Positions 1-6,030 of a stretch of 48,996 nucleotides of DNA are shown here, in pieces. The stretch is from positions 1-48,996 of IMG/VR virus record IMGVR_UViG_3300037873_000028; one strand, written 5' to 3'. A program made the translations under genes and the position numbers. Within the stretch, counting starts at the first letter, position 1. Every line of letters starts with the position of its first letter. The DNA is from a virus. The notes under the pieces were generated by a model. The model was not told where the DNA came from. It made no database searches and worked only from the letters and a program-made list of their open reading frames with translations.

Positions 1-119
1 CCCCCGGCTGCTGGCCGCCACCACCGGCCGAGCGGCCCACCCCGACCGGGTGAGAGGTATCACAGCGACGCGAACCGGTCTCACCTCGTTGACCCGGACG
101 GCGGGAGTGCGGAGGCTCC
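1..119. repeat. Left copy of an exact 119-bp terminal direct repeat (identical to 48878..48996)
   Basis: Read directly: bases 1-119 (cccccggctgctgg...gtgcggaggctcc) recur base for base at 48878-48996, so the window starts and ends with the same sequence. This is either a circular-assembly overlap or an att core. Confidence 0.9.
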
Positions 120-122
120 CCG

Positions 123-386
123 GTGCGCGCCATCATCTACGCCCCCGCCGGCGCCGAGCAGACCCGCTGGCAGCAGGAGTGCGCGGGGCTGTGCCGGGTG
201 CGCGGCTGGCAGGTGGCCGCGGTGACCGGGGATGCGGACACGGCCCGGCGGCTGGTGCTGGCTGGTGCGGCGGATGTGGTGGTGGTGGCCCGGCCGCGTC
301 ATCTGCCGGCGGTGGCTTTGGCGGTGGTGGTGGTCAGTGATCCGCCGGGCCGGGACCGGCGGGGCCGGCCCCGGCGGCTGAGCTGA
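123..386 (+). CDS. Hypothetical 87-aa protein with a degenerate serine-recombinase N-terminal-like motif
   Basis: GTG start 8 nt after GGAGG (110-114). GC3 is high. VRAIIYAPAGAEQ resembles the MRAxIYARxSxxxQ start of resolvase catalytic domains, but the catalytic Ser position is not conserved and the ORF is far too short to be a recombinase. Confidence 0.45.
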   Translation: MRAIIYAPAGAEQTRWQQECAGLCRVRGWQVAAVTGDADTARRLVLAGAADVVVVARPRHLPAVALAVVVVSDPPGRDRRGRPRRLS

Positions 387-422
387 GCCAAGCAGACTTG
401 GGGTTACAGCCGACACGCAAAG

Positions 423-1244
423 TCAACCGGCCGATCTCTTGGCACCGCCGGTCAGCGCCGGCAGCCGGCCGACCGCCGCCGCCAACCGGGGCGAGGCGAC
501 CCGCACATAGCCGAGCGTGGTCGAGATCGACGCGTGGCCCATCAGCTCCCGCACCTCCTCCAGCCCGGCACCCGAGGCCACCAGCGCGGTGCCGTACCAG
601 TGCCTCAACATGTGCGCGGTCACGTCCACCCCCAGGGCGAGGTAGGTACGGCGGAGCTCGGCTGAGACGTGGTCGCGCCACGGGTCCCGCCCCGGCGCCA
701 CCGGACCGGCCGGCAGGCCCTCGACCGCCGCCCAGATCAGCGGGTGGGTCGGCACCCGGCGGGTTTTGTCGCCCTTGCCGTGTAACGTCACCCGTTCGGG
801 CAAGATGTGCTCACGCCGGAGCCGGGTGATCTCGATGCACCGGGCGCCGGCGTACGCGGCCAGCAGCGACCACAGCCGGTACGGCTCGGCCGCTCGAGCG
901 AGGATCGCCGCGAGCTCGGCGTCCGAGCAGGGGTTGGGCAGGCCTGGGCGGACCCGGGGGCGGGGGACCAGCGCCCCCTCGTCCCGGCTGATGTGCCCGA
1001 CGGCGACCGCCCAGGAGATGCAGCCGGTCAACGCGGCGTGGTAGGTGCGGCGGGTGGCCGCGCTGGCGTACCGGCCGAGCCAGGCGGTGATCTCGGCGGC
1101 GGTGGCGGTGGGCACCCCGGCGGGTAGCTCCCGGTGCGCGGCGCGCAGGGCGGTGCCGTAGGTGCGGATGGTCTTCGGGGAGCGGCCGATGGTGGCGAGG
1201 TGGGCGAGGTAGTCCTCGAGGATGTCGGCGTCGGGGGTGCTCAT
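423..1244 (-). CDS. int: Tyrosine recombinase / phage integrase (XerC/D-sized, 273 aa)
   Basis: ARCIEITRLRREHI plus HMLRHWYGTALVASGAGLEEVRELMGHASISTTLGYVRV give the R...HxxR...Y catalytic pattern. The N-terminal SAM-like core-binding region is short and there is no long arm-binding domain. Confidence 0.9.
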   Translation of the reverse strand: MSTPDADILEDYLAHLATIGRSPKTIRTYGTALRAAHRELPAGVPTATAAEITAWLGRYASAATRRTYHAALTGCISWAVAVGHISRDEGALVPRPRVRPGLPNPCSDAELAAILARAAEPYRLWSLLAAYAGARCIEITRLRREHILPERVTLHGKGDKTRRVPTHPLIWAAVEGLPAGPVAPGRDPWRDHVSAELRRTYLALGVDVTAHMLRHWYGTALVASGAGLEEVRELMGHASISTTLGYVRVASPRLAAAVGRLPALTGGAKRSAG

Positions 1245-1250
1245 GTCCGG

Positions 1251-1709
1251 TTATCGGGTGGTGGCGCCGTGTGGTGCCGGGGCTGGCGGGTGGGAGAGTC
1301 GGGCCGGGCGGCTGATGCCGGAGGCCGGTTGCGCGGGTACGCGGCTCATGCTTCTGGGTGAGCCGGCCGGTCGGCTGGTCGGGCGAATCGTGTGGCCGTT
1401 CGGCTGGTCGGGGGTGGCCTGCCCGGTGGCGATGGGATAGCTTGCCGGTAACCTGCGGCGGCGCGTCAGGACCCGCTCGGCCGGCTGGTCAGCCAGCGGC
1501 AACAGCTCGGCGACCTCGACCTCTAGGGCGTTGGCGATGCGCTCCAGGTCGTTGAGTCCGATCTCCTGGTGTCCGGTCAGTCGCTGGCTGACCCACGGTT
1601 GCGAGACTCCGAGCCGTCGAGCCAGCTCGCGGCCGGTGACGCGCTTGCGTCCCAGCATGGCGCGGATCTCCTCGGCGACTTGTTCGCTCAGCGTGTCGCT
1701 GCTATCCAT
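1251..1709 (-). CDS. CI-like HTH (XRE family) repressor with a long low-complexity C-terminal tail
   Basis: Trimmed from ORF 1251..1982 to the ATG at 1709. HTH is TGRELARRLGVSQPWVSQRLTG, followed by about 85 aa rich in Pro/Ser/Arg. The stop lies 6 nt upstream of the int start codon. Divergent from the Cro-like gene. Confidence 0.8.
   Translation of the reverse strand: MDSSDTLSEQVAEEIRAMLGRKRVTGRELARRLGVSQPWVSQRLTGHQEIGLNDLERIANALEVEVAELLPLADQPAERVLTRRRRLPASYPIATGQATPDQPNGHTIRPTSRPAGSPRSMSRVPAQPASGISRPARLSHPPAPAPHGATTR
1365..1412. repeat. Two 19-bp direct repeats (GGCCG[G/T]TCGGCTGGTCGGG) offset by 29 bp inside the repressor 3' tail
   Basis: 1365-1383 and 1394-1412 differ at one base. The 29-bp offset is not a multiple of 3, so the two copies are read in different frames. 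A weaker third copy (core CGGCTGGTC) is at 1482-1490. Confidence 0.7.
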
Positions 1710-1850
1710 ACCGGCCACTTTGACAGGGACAAGCTTTCGCGTCAAGCGTACCGGCCCCGGTTCAGCCTGATAGTTATACCGACTCACCCGAACGGGTGGA
1801 CCTATCGTGGTGCGCTTGCACCTATAGGCTACGGCTGTCACAGTGAGCGC
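1710..1850. promoter_or_regulatory. Divergent repressor/cro intergenic switch region
   Basis: 141-bp gap between divergent HTH genes, with lower GC than the flanks. Contains a TTGACA hexamer (1720-1725) and short inverted repeats: TTGAC..GTCAA (1720-1745), GTGCGCTTGCAC (1810-1821), CCTAT..ATAGG (1801-1828). Promoters and operators were not mapped. Confidence 0.5.
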
Positions 1851-2102
1851 ATGGCTCACATCGACAGCTCGACGGCCCGGGTAGTAGGGGTCCAGACCGA
1901 GATCGCGGCGGTGATGTACGAGCTGCGCGTCTCGCAGCGCGAGCTGGCTCGACGGCTTGAGGTGTCTCAGCCGTGGGTGCAAGCGCGGCTGGCCGGAGAG
2001 ACCACCATCACGGTGGCCGACGTGCAGCGGATCGCCGCCGCGCTCGACGTGCCGGTGACCAGGTTCCTGCCCACGGCCGAGCAGGCGGGAGGTGTGCGAT
2101 GA
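1851..2102 (+). CDS. Cro-like HTH DNA-binding protein (83 aa)
   Basis: Trimmed from ORF 1569..2102 to the ATG at 1851. HTH is SQRELARRLEVSQPWVQARLAG, near-paralogous to the repressor HTH. Divergent arrangement. Confidence 0.75.
   Translation: MAHIDSSTARVVGVQTEIAAVMYELRVSQRELARRLEVSQPWVQARLAGETTITVADVQRIAAALDVPVTRFLPTAEQAGGVR
2077..2094 (+). repeat. Gene-junction repeat copy 1 (CCGAGCAGGCGGGAGGTG)
   Basis: 18-mer at the 3' end of the cro-like gene, immediately upstream of the next start. It differs at one base from the identical copies at 2721-2738 and 2935-2952. Confidence 0.8.
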
Positions 2103-2746
2103 CCCTCGACACGCGCGTCTACATCACCAGCCCGGTCAACGTCCAGGACCTGTTTCTGGAATGCCAGCGGCTAATCAGCATCGCCGACGAACAGGGCCGC
2201 GAGCCAGGACAGCAGAAGTGGACCGATACCCAGGACGGGACATGGCGTGAGGGCAAAAGCTTCGTGGAGCCCGGTAACCCGTGGACGAAAAGCAATAAAC
2301 CGGGGCAGGGCCTGCCCGGCTGGCTGATGATCCACTACCGGCGCAGTGGCATGTACCGGACGCCCCATGACGCCGCCGTTCACGAAGACTGCAACCACCC
2401 GGGCTCCGACTACTTCGACGCGGGTACGCCCACGTGCGACGAATCGGAACACGACCCGGCGTGCTGGGCTGAGGTCTCCATCGACACCGCCTACGGCTAC
2501 CGAGGGCCGAACCGGACCGGGTGTGGCGACCTACACGTCGCGTTCGTGGCGGGGCTCGGTGAATGGCTGGACGCTCGCGGCATCGAGTGGAAGTGGCTCA
2601 ACGAGTTCACTTCCGAGGTCCACGTGGGCTATGAGCGGCTGGTCGAGCTGGCTTCGGGCGGATTCGAGGCGGCCGCGTGGTTCCGTACCACTGCGCTCCC
2701 GGCGATCACCGCACACATCGCCGAGCAGGCGGGCGGTGTGCGGTGA
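2099..2746 (+). CDS. Hypothetical protein (215 aa)
   Basis: ATG at 2099 overlaps the cro stop (ATGA). GC3 is high. Ends in AEQAGGVR, the same C-terminus as the cro-like protein. Confidence 0.7.
   Translation: MTLDTRVYITSPVNVQDLFLECQRLISIADEQGREPGQQKWTDTQDGTWREGKSFVEPGNPWTKSNKPGQGLPGWLMIHYRRSGMYRTPHDAAVHEDCNHPGSDYFDAGTPTCDESEHDPACWAEVSIDTAYGYRGPNRTGCGDLHVAFVAGLGEWLDARGIEWKWLNEFTSEVHVGYERLVELASGGFEAAAWFRTTALPAITAHIAEQAGGVR
2721..2738 (+). repeat. Gene-junction repeat copy 2 (CCGAGCAGGCGGGCGGTG)
   Basis: Identical to 2935-2952. Sits at the 3' end of CDS 2099..2746, just before the GTGA overlap. Confidence 0.8.
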
Positions 2747-2910
2747 TCCATGACCCGCAGCCGCTCACCGGCGACACCGTCGCATGCCCCGAGTGCCACG
2801 AGGACCTGGACAACCACTGCCCGTGCGGTGAGCCCGGCTGCGGCTGCTGGTGCGGGGACCCGGACACACCCGAGCACATGCTCCGGCCACCGCGGGTGGT
2901 GGGGTCATGA
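2743..2910 (+). CDS. Small Cys-rich protein (55 aa), putative zinc-binding
   Basis: GTG at 2743 in a GTGA overlap. Sequence includes ACPECHEDLDNHCPCGEPGCGCWCG. Confidence 0.5.
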   Translation: MIHDPQPLTGDTVACPECHEDLDNHCPCGEPGCGCWCGDPDTPEHMLRPPRVVGS

Positions 2911-2934
2911 TCCGTCAGGCGACCGCGCCCATCA

Positions 2935-2952
2935 CCGAGCAGGCGGGCGGTG
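2935..2952 (+). repeat. Gene-junction repeat copy 3 (CCGAGCAGGCGGGCGGTG)
   Basis: Lies in a 19-codon mini-ORF (2907..2966, MIRQATAPITEQAGGGRDA) that is coupled by ATGA at both ends. Confidence 0.8.
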
Positions 2953-2958
2953 GCCGCG

Positions 2959-3393
2959 ATGCATGACCCGCTGATGATGCTGTTCCGGGTCAAGCTGATC
3001 CGGCTGGACATCTGGCACCGGGAGCCCGGCGGCCACGACGCCGGCGAGGTGTGCGGACCGCCACCGAACAGCGGCCCGTCCGCCTGGTGGTGGTATCTGC
3101 GCCACGTCCGGCACTGGCATCCACGCTGGTGGCCGGTCTTCCGGGTGCGCAAGTGGATCACCGACCGGTGCGACCACTGCGGCCGGCGGTTCCGCTGGCG
3201 CGAAGCCCGATTCAGCTACATCAGCACGGACAAGGTGTGGCACGACCCGTGCATGGCGCTGCGGCACGTCCGAAGCCAGCTCGACGACATCACCCGCTAC
3301 GTGATGGCCACGGCCGACGACACCACCCGCTGGCGGGTCGAGTACCGGCTGAAGCATCTGGACAAGGCCGCCGCCGAGCAGGTGACCCGGTGA
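2959..3393 (+). CDS. Hypothetical Trp/Arg-rich protein
   Basis: ATG at 2959, with an alternative GTG at 2950. Contains WWWYLRHVRHWHPRWWP and a CDHCGRRF motif. GC3 is high. Confidence 0.6.
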   Translation: MHDPLMMLFRVKLIRLDIWHREPGGHDAGEVCGPPPNSGPSAWWWYLRHVRHWHPRWWPVFRVRKWITDRCDHCGRRFRWREARFSYISTDKVWHDPCMALRHVRSQLDDITRYVMATADDTTRWRVEYRLKHLDKAAAEQVTR

Positions 3394-3623
3394 ACGCCCG
3401 GCTGGCCGCGCTCGCCGACATCACCTGGGACCTGATCGTCTGGGGCCACCGGGGCGGCCCCGCCACCCGGCGCCACCCCACCTACGCCTGGCTGTGCAGC
3501 ATCCCCGCCGGCCGGCTGGCGCTGCTATCCGTCCGCTTCGGGCTGGAGTGCATCGCCGCGGGAACCCTGGCGCTGCTGGCGATCCGGCTGCGCCGCGGTG
3601 AGTACGCGGCGGTGACGTCGTGA
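3390..3623 (+). CDS. Hypothetical protein (77 aa), hydrophobic C-terminal half
   Basis: GTGA overlap at 3390-3393 in frame with ORF 3051..3623. Contains LECIAAGTLALLAI. Confidence 0.5.
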   Translation: MNARLAALADITWDLIVWGHRGGPATRRHPTYAWLCSIPAGRLALLSVRFGLECIAAGTLALLAIRLRRGEYAAVTS

Positions 3624-3901
3624 GCCGCCCCGCCGACGGCTGGCAGGACCGCGCGTTCTGCGCCTACCTGGTGGCCCGGCCCGACACCGACGTGACCGTC
3701 CGGCTGTGGTACCCCGGCCCCGGCCAGCGGTCCAACTACAACTTGGCGCGGCGGATCTGCCACCAGTGCCCGGTGCGGGTCGAGTGCTTGCAGTACGCGC
3801 TGGCCACTGAGGTCGAGTACTTCAGGCATGGCATGTGGGGTGGCCTCACCGCCGACGAGCGGTCCACGTTGGTCCGGCAGCGGCAGGCGGCGGTCCGGTG
3901 A
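3620..3901 (+). CDS. whiB: WhiB-family Fe-S transcription factor
   Basis: Four Cys in WhiB spacing (FCAY ... ICHQCPVRVEC) followed by GMWGG. Confidence 0.9.
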   Translation: MSRPADGWQDRAFCAYLVARPDTDVTVRLWYPGPGQRSNYNLARRICHQCPVRVECLQYALATEVEYFRHGMWGGLTADERSTLVRQRQAAVR

Positions 3902-4041
3902 GCCAGACCTGCCAGCAGACCTGGCCATCCGACCAGCCCACCCGGACCGATGCCACCTACCGTCAGCACCGCTGCGGCCTGAACGTGGACCACCGGGGGC
4001 GCTGCATGTGCCGCTACTGCGGGCATGGGGTGGCCCTATGA
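3898..4041 (+). CDS. Small Cys-rich protein (47 aa)
   Basis: GTGA overlap with the whiB stop. Contains HRCGLNVDHRGRCMCRYCGH. Below the ORF-track size cut-off for its trimmed form. Confidence 0.4.
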   Translation: MSQTCQQTWPSDQPTRTDATYRQHRCGLNVDHRGRCMCRYCGHGVAL

Positions 4042-4367
4042 GCCCTCACCGGGTGGACCCCAGCCGCGGCGGCAAGGACGACGACTACCGCCGGGGCTAC
4101 CGCCAGGGCCGTGCCGACACCCGCGCCCAGAAGGCCGCCGTCCGCCGCGCCGGTAAACGACGCCGCTCCGGCTGCACGCTCGCGCTGCTGATGCTGCCGT
4201 GGCTGCTGCTGCGCCACCGCGCGCACGACCAGCCCGACCGGCACGACCAGCACCCCGACCGGTTGGGCGGCCACGAACCAACCGGGTTCTCAGACCACCT
4301 GACACCGGCGGCCGAACTGCTGCGCCGGCTCAACCACACCACCGACACCACCACTGAGGAGAGTTGA
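4038..4367 (+). CDS. Hypothetical protein (109 aa) with one hydrophobic segment
   Basis: ATGA overlap at 4038. Contains CTLALLMLPWLLL. Confidence 0.55.
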   Translation: MSPHRVDPSRGGKDDDYRRGYRQGRADTRAQKAAVRRAGKRRRSGCTLALLMLPWLLLRHRAHDQPDRHDQHPDRLGGHEPTGFSDHLTPAAELLRRLNHTTDTTTEES

Positions 4368-4368
4368 C

Positions 4369-4614
4369 ATGGCCGAGTTCAAGATCGGCGACAAGGTGCG
4401 CGACCTCACCATGTTCGCGGCCGGGATCGGCCGCCAGCATCTCGGCCAGGTCGTGGCCATCTGGCCGCGTACCGAGACCGGCCCGGTGCAGATCGTCGGC
4501 GTGCTCCTCAGGATCACCCACACCATAGACGAGGTCCTGTTGGCGGTGGAGGAGCCCAACATGGATGTCCAGGAGTGGACGCTGAGCCCGGGTGGGCAGG
4601 TGACGGTCCGATGA
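4369..4614 (+). CDS. Hypothetical protein (81 aa)
   Basis: ATG preceded by GAGGAGAG. GC3 is high. Confidence 0.65.
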   Translation: MAEFKIGDKVRDLTMFAAGIGRQHLGQVVAIWPRTETGPVQIVGVLLRITHTIDEVLLAVEEPNMDVQEWTLSPGGQVTVR

Positions 4615-4856
4615 CCGCCACCGACCCGGTTGCCATCCCCTACGCCGCGCTCACCGCCGCGCTCACCGACTGGCAGGTCGACCCCGGCGACGTGCTCGAC
4701 CTGTCCCTCCGCGCCACCCCGGCCGGCGGGTGGCTTGAGGTCGTCCGCCGCCGGCGCGACGCCGACGGGCATCCGCTCACCGCCGGCGGCGGCGTGGCCA
4801 CCGTCACCACCGTGATCGGCATCGACCCGGCCACCACCGGAGAGGAACCGACGTGA
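4611..4856 (+). CDS. Hypothetical protein (81 aa)
   Basis: ATGA overlap at 4611-4614. Confidence 0.6.
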   Translation: MTATDPVAIPYAALTAALTDWQVDPGDVLDLSLRATPAGGWLEVVRRRRDADGHPLTAGGGVATVTTVIGIDPATTGEEPT

Positions 4857-4969
4857 GCCGCCGGGACCCGACCCTGGGTCGGCACCTGCGCGGCCTGGCC
4901 CAACTCACCGTGCTGCTGGCCGTGGTCGCGGCGCTGGCGCTCGTCTGGCTGCACGCGGCCGGGTGGTGA
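4853..4969 (+). CDS. Possible 38-aa single-pass membrane peptide
   Basis: GTGA overlap at 4853. VSRRDPTLGRHLRGLAQLTVLLAVVAALALVWLHAAGW. Hand-translated and not in the ORF track. Confidence 0.35.
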   Translation: MSRRDPTLGRHLRGLAQLTVLLAVVAALALVWLHAAGW

Positions 4970-4971
4970 CA

Positions 4972-5190
4972 ATGGCCATCACGCTCACCGCCGCGCTCCA
5001 GCCGGGTTTCATTCGCGGCTGCCGCGTCGTCGGCATCATGTCCCTAAAGTGGGATCACAACCCTGCGCGCCCCAGCCTGTACGTACCGGTCATCCAAGCG
5101 CGGGGGCCGGTCTGTGAGCGGTGCTGGATGGAGCGGGGGTTCGTGGTCCCCGAATCGTCGGCCACCTGCCGCCATCGTGGTGCGTCGTGA
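4972..5190 (+). CDS. Hypothetical protein (72 aa)
   Basis: ATG at 4972, with an alternative GTG at 4963. GC3 is mostly high. Confidence 0.4.
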   Translation: MAITLTAALQPGFIRGCRVVGIMSLKWDHNPARPSLYVPVIQARGPVCERCWMERGFVVPESSATCRHRGAS

Positions 5191-5612
5191 TCCGCCACCA
5201 CCTGGCCGTGGCCGCCACCCACCCGGCCACCGCCCACACCGCCACCGCCGTAGCGGTCGTCGCCGGCACCGCGGCCGGGCTGTGGCTGCTGGCCACCGCC
5301 GGGCCGCTGCCGCTGCTCGCCGCCCTGTGGGCGGTGGCCACCCTGCTCCCCCGACGCCACCCGGCTGCTGCGTTAGAGGCGGCCCGGGTGGTCCCCCAGG
5401 CTCCCGCGTTAGGTGGCGCGGTGGCAGCCGGGGTTGTGGCGCCCGCCCCTGGTAGGGGTGCGGGGGCGGGCGCCGCCCGGCCGGTGGCGGGCTCCCACTT
5501 CCCCCGGGGGTCTGCCACCGGCCGGCACCGCACTGGCGGCACCCAGATGCCCGCCCGCCGCGGCCACGTGGTCTACGCGACCGGCCGGGCCGCCGTGCGA
5601 GGTGCGACATGA
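5187..5612 (+). CDS. Hypothetical Ala-rich membrane protein (141 aa)
   Basis: GTGA overlap at 5187. The hydrophobic first half has high GC3. The second half has weaker codon bias, so part of 5360-5600 may be non-coding. Confidence 0.4.
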   Translation: MIRHHLAVAATHPATAHTATAVAVVAGTAAGLWLLATAGPLPLLAALWAVATLLPRRHPAAALEAARVVPQAPALGGAVAAGVVAPAPGRGAGAGAARPVAGSHFPRGSATGRHRTGGTQMPARRGHVVYATGRAAVRGAT

Positions 5613-5620
5613 GCCGGCTC
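5581..5620 (+). repeat. Start-associated 40-bp repeat, copy A (spans the ASCH gene start)
   Basis: ccggccgggccgccgtgcgaggtgcgacatgagccggctc matches 5991-6030 at 35 of 40 positions by hand alignment. Both copies include the SD-like GAGGTG and the first three codons, ATG AGC CG(G/C), encoding Met-Ser-Arg. Confidence 0.8.
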
Positions 5621-6022
5621 ATGTCCGTCACGCTCACCGAGCAAGCCGTGGTCGAGCGGCGTAAGACCGTCACCCGCCGCATCGGTTGGCGATTCCTCAA
5701 GACTGGTGACCGGCTGACGCTGTGCCGCAAGGTGCAAGGCCGCCGCCCGGGTGAGCCGCTGGTGCGGCTGGCCGAGGTGGAGGTGACCTCGGTCCGCCGA
5801 GAACCACTGAGCAGGATTGCGCCCGCCGACGTGGCGCGCGAAGGGTTCGAGCCGTGGCGACGCCGGCAGTTCATCGAGTTCTTCTGCGAGTCGATGCGCT
5901 GCGAGCCGGCCACCGAGGTGACCCGGATCGAGTGGCGCTACCTGGACCCGCCGCTCGCCGACCTGACTCCCGCCCGGGACACAGCCCAGCCCGGGCGGGC
6001 CGCCATGCGAGGTGCGGCATGA
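5609..6022 (+). CDS. ASCH-domain protein (137 aa)
   Basis: ERRKTVTRRIGWRFLKTGDRLTL ... EVEVTSV ... ADVAREGF matches the recalled ASCH/YqfB-like pattern (G-K-T-x-T-x-R ... K-x-GD ... E-G-F). Confidence 0.65.
   Translation: MSRLMSVTLTEQAVVERRKTVTRRIGWRFLKTGDRLTLCRKVQGRRPGEPLVRLAEVEVTSVRREPLSRIAPADVAREGFEPWRRRQFIEFFCESMRCEPATEVTRIEWRYLDPPLADLTPARDTAQPGRAAMRGAA
5961..5999 (+). repeat. 39-bp hairpin-containing repeat, copy 1 (3' end of the ASCH gene)
   Basis: acctgactcccgcccgggacacagcccagcccgggcggg is identical to 6665-6703. It contains a perfect 10-bp stem, CCCGCCCGGG (5969-5978) / CCCGGGCGGG (5990-5999). Confidence 0.9.
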
Positions 6023-6030
6023 GCCGCCTT
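5991..6030 (+). repeat. Start-associated 40-bp repeat, copy B (spans the methyltransferase start)
   Basis: See 5581..5620. Confidence 0.8.

Noticed and set aside
1251-2102. Full-length track ORFs 1251..1982 (-) and 1569..2102 (+) as the real repressor and cro genes
   Set aside because: They would overlap each other by about 400 nt across the divergent promoter region. Both contain internal ATG codons (1709 and 1851) placed just before their HTH domains, which leaves a sensible 141-bp switch region.
5044-5913. 289-aa minus-strand ORF and several overlapping frames at 5055..5664
   Set aside because: The translations are extreme Arg/Gly/Pro low complexity. The + strand chain of ATGA/GTGA-coupled genes explains the region, although the 3' half of CDS 5187..5612 is itself weakly supported.
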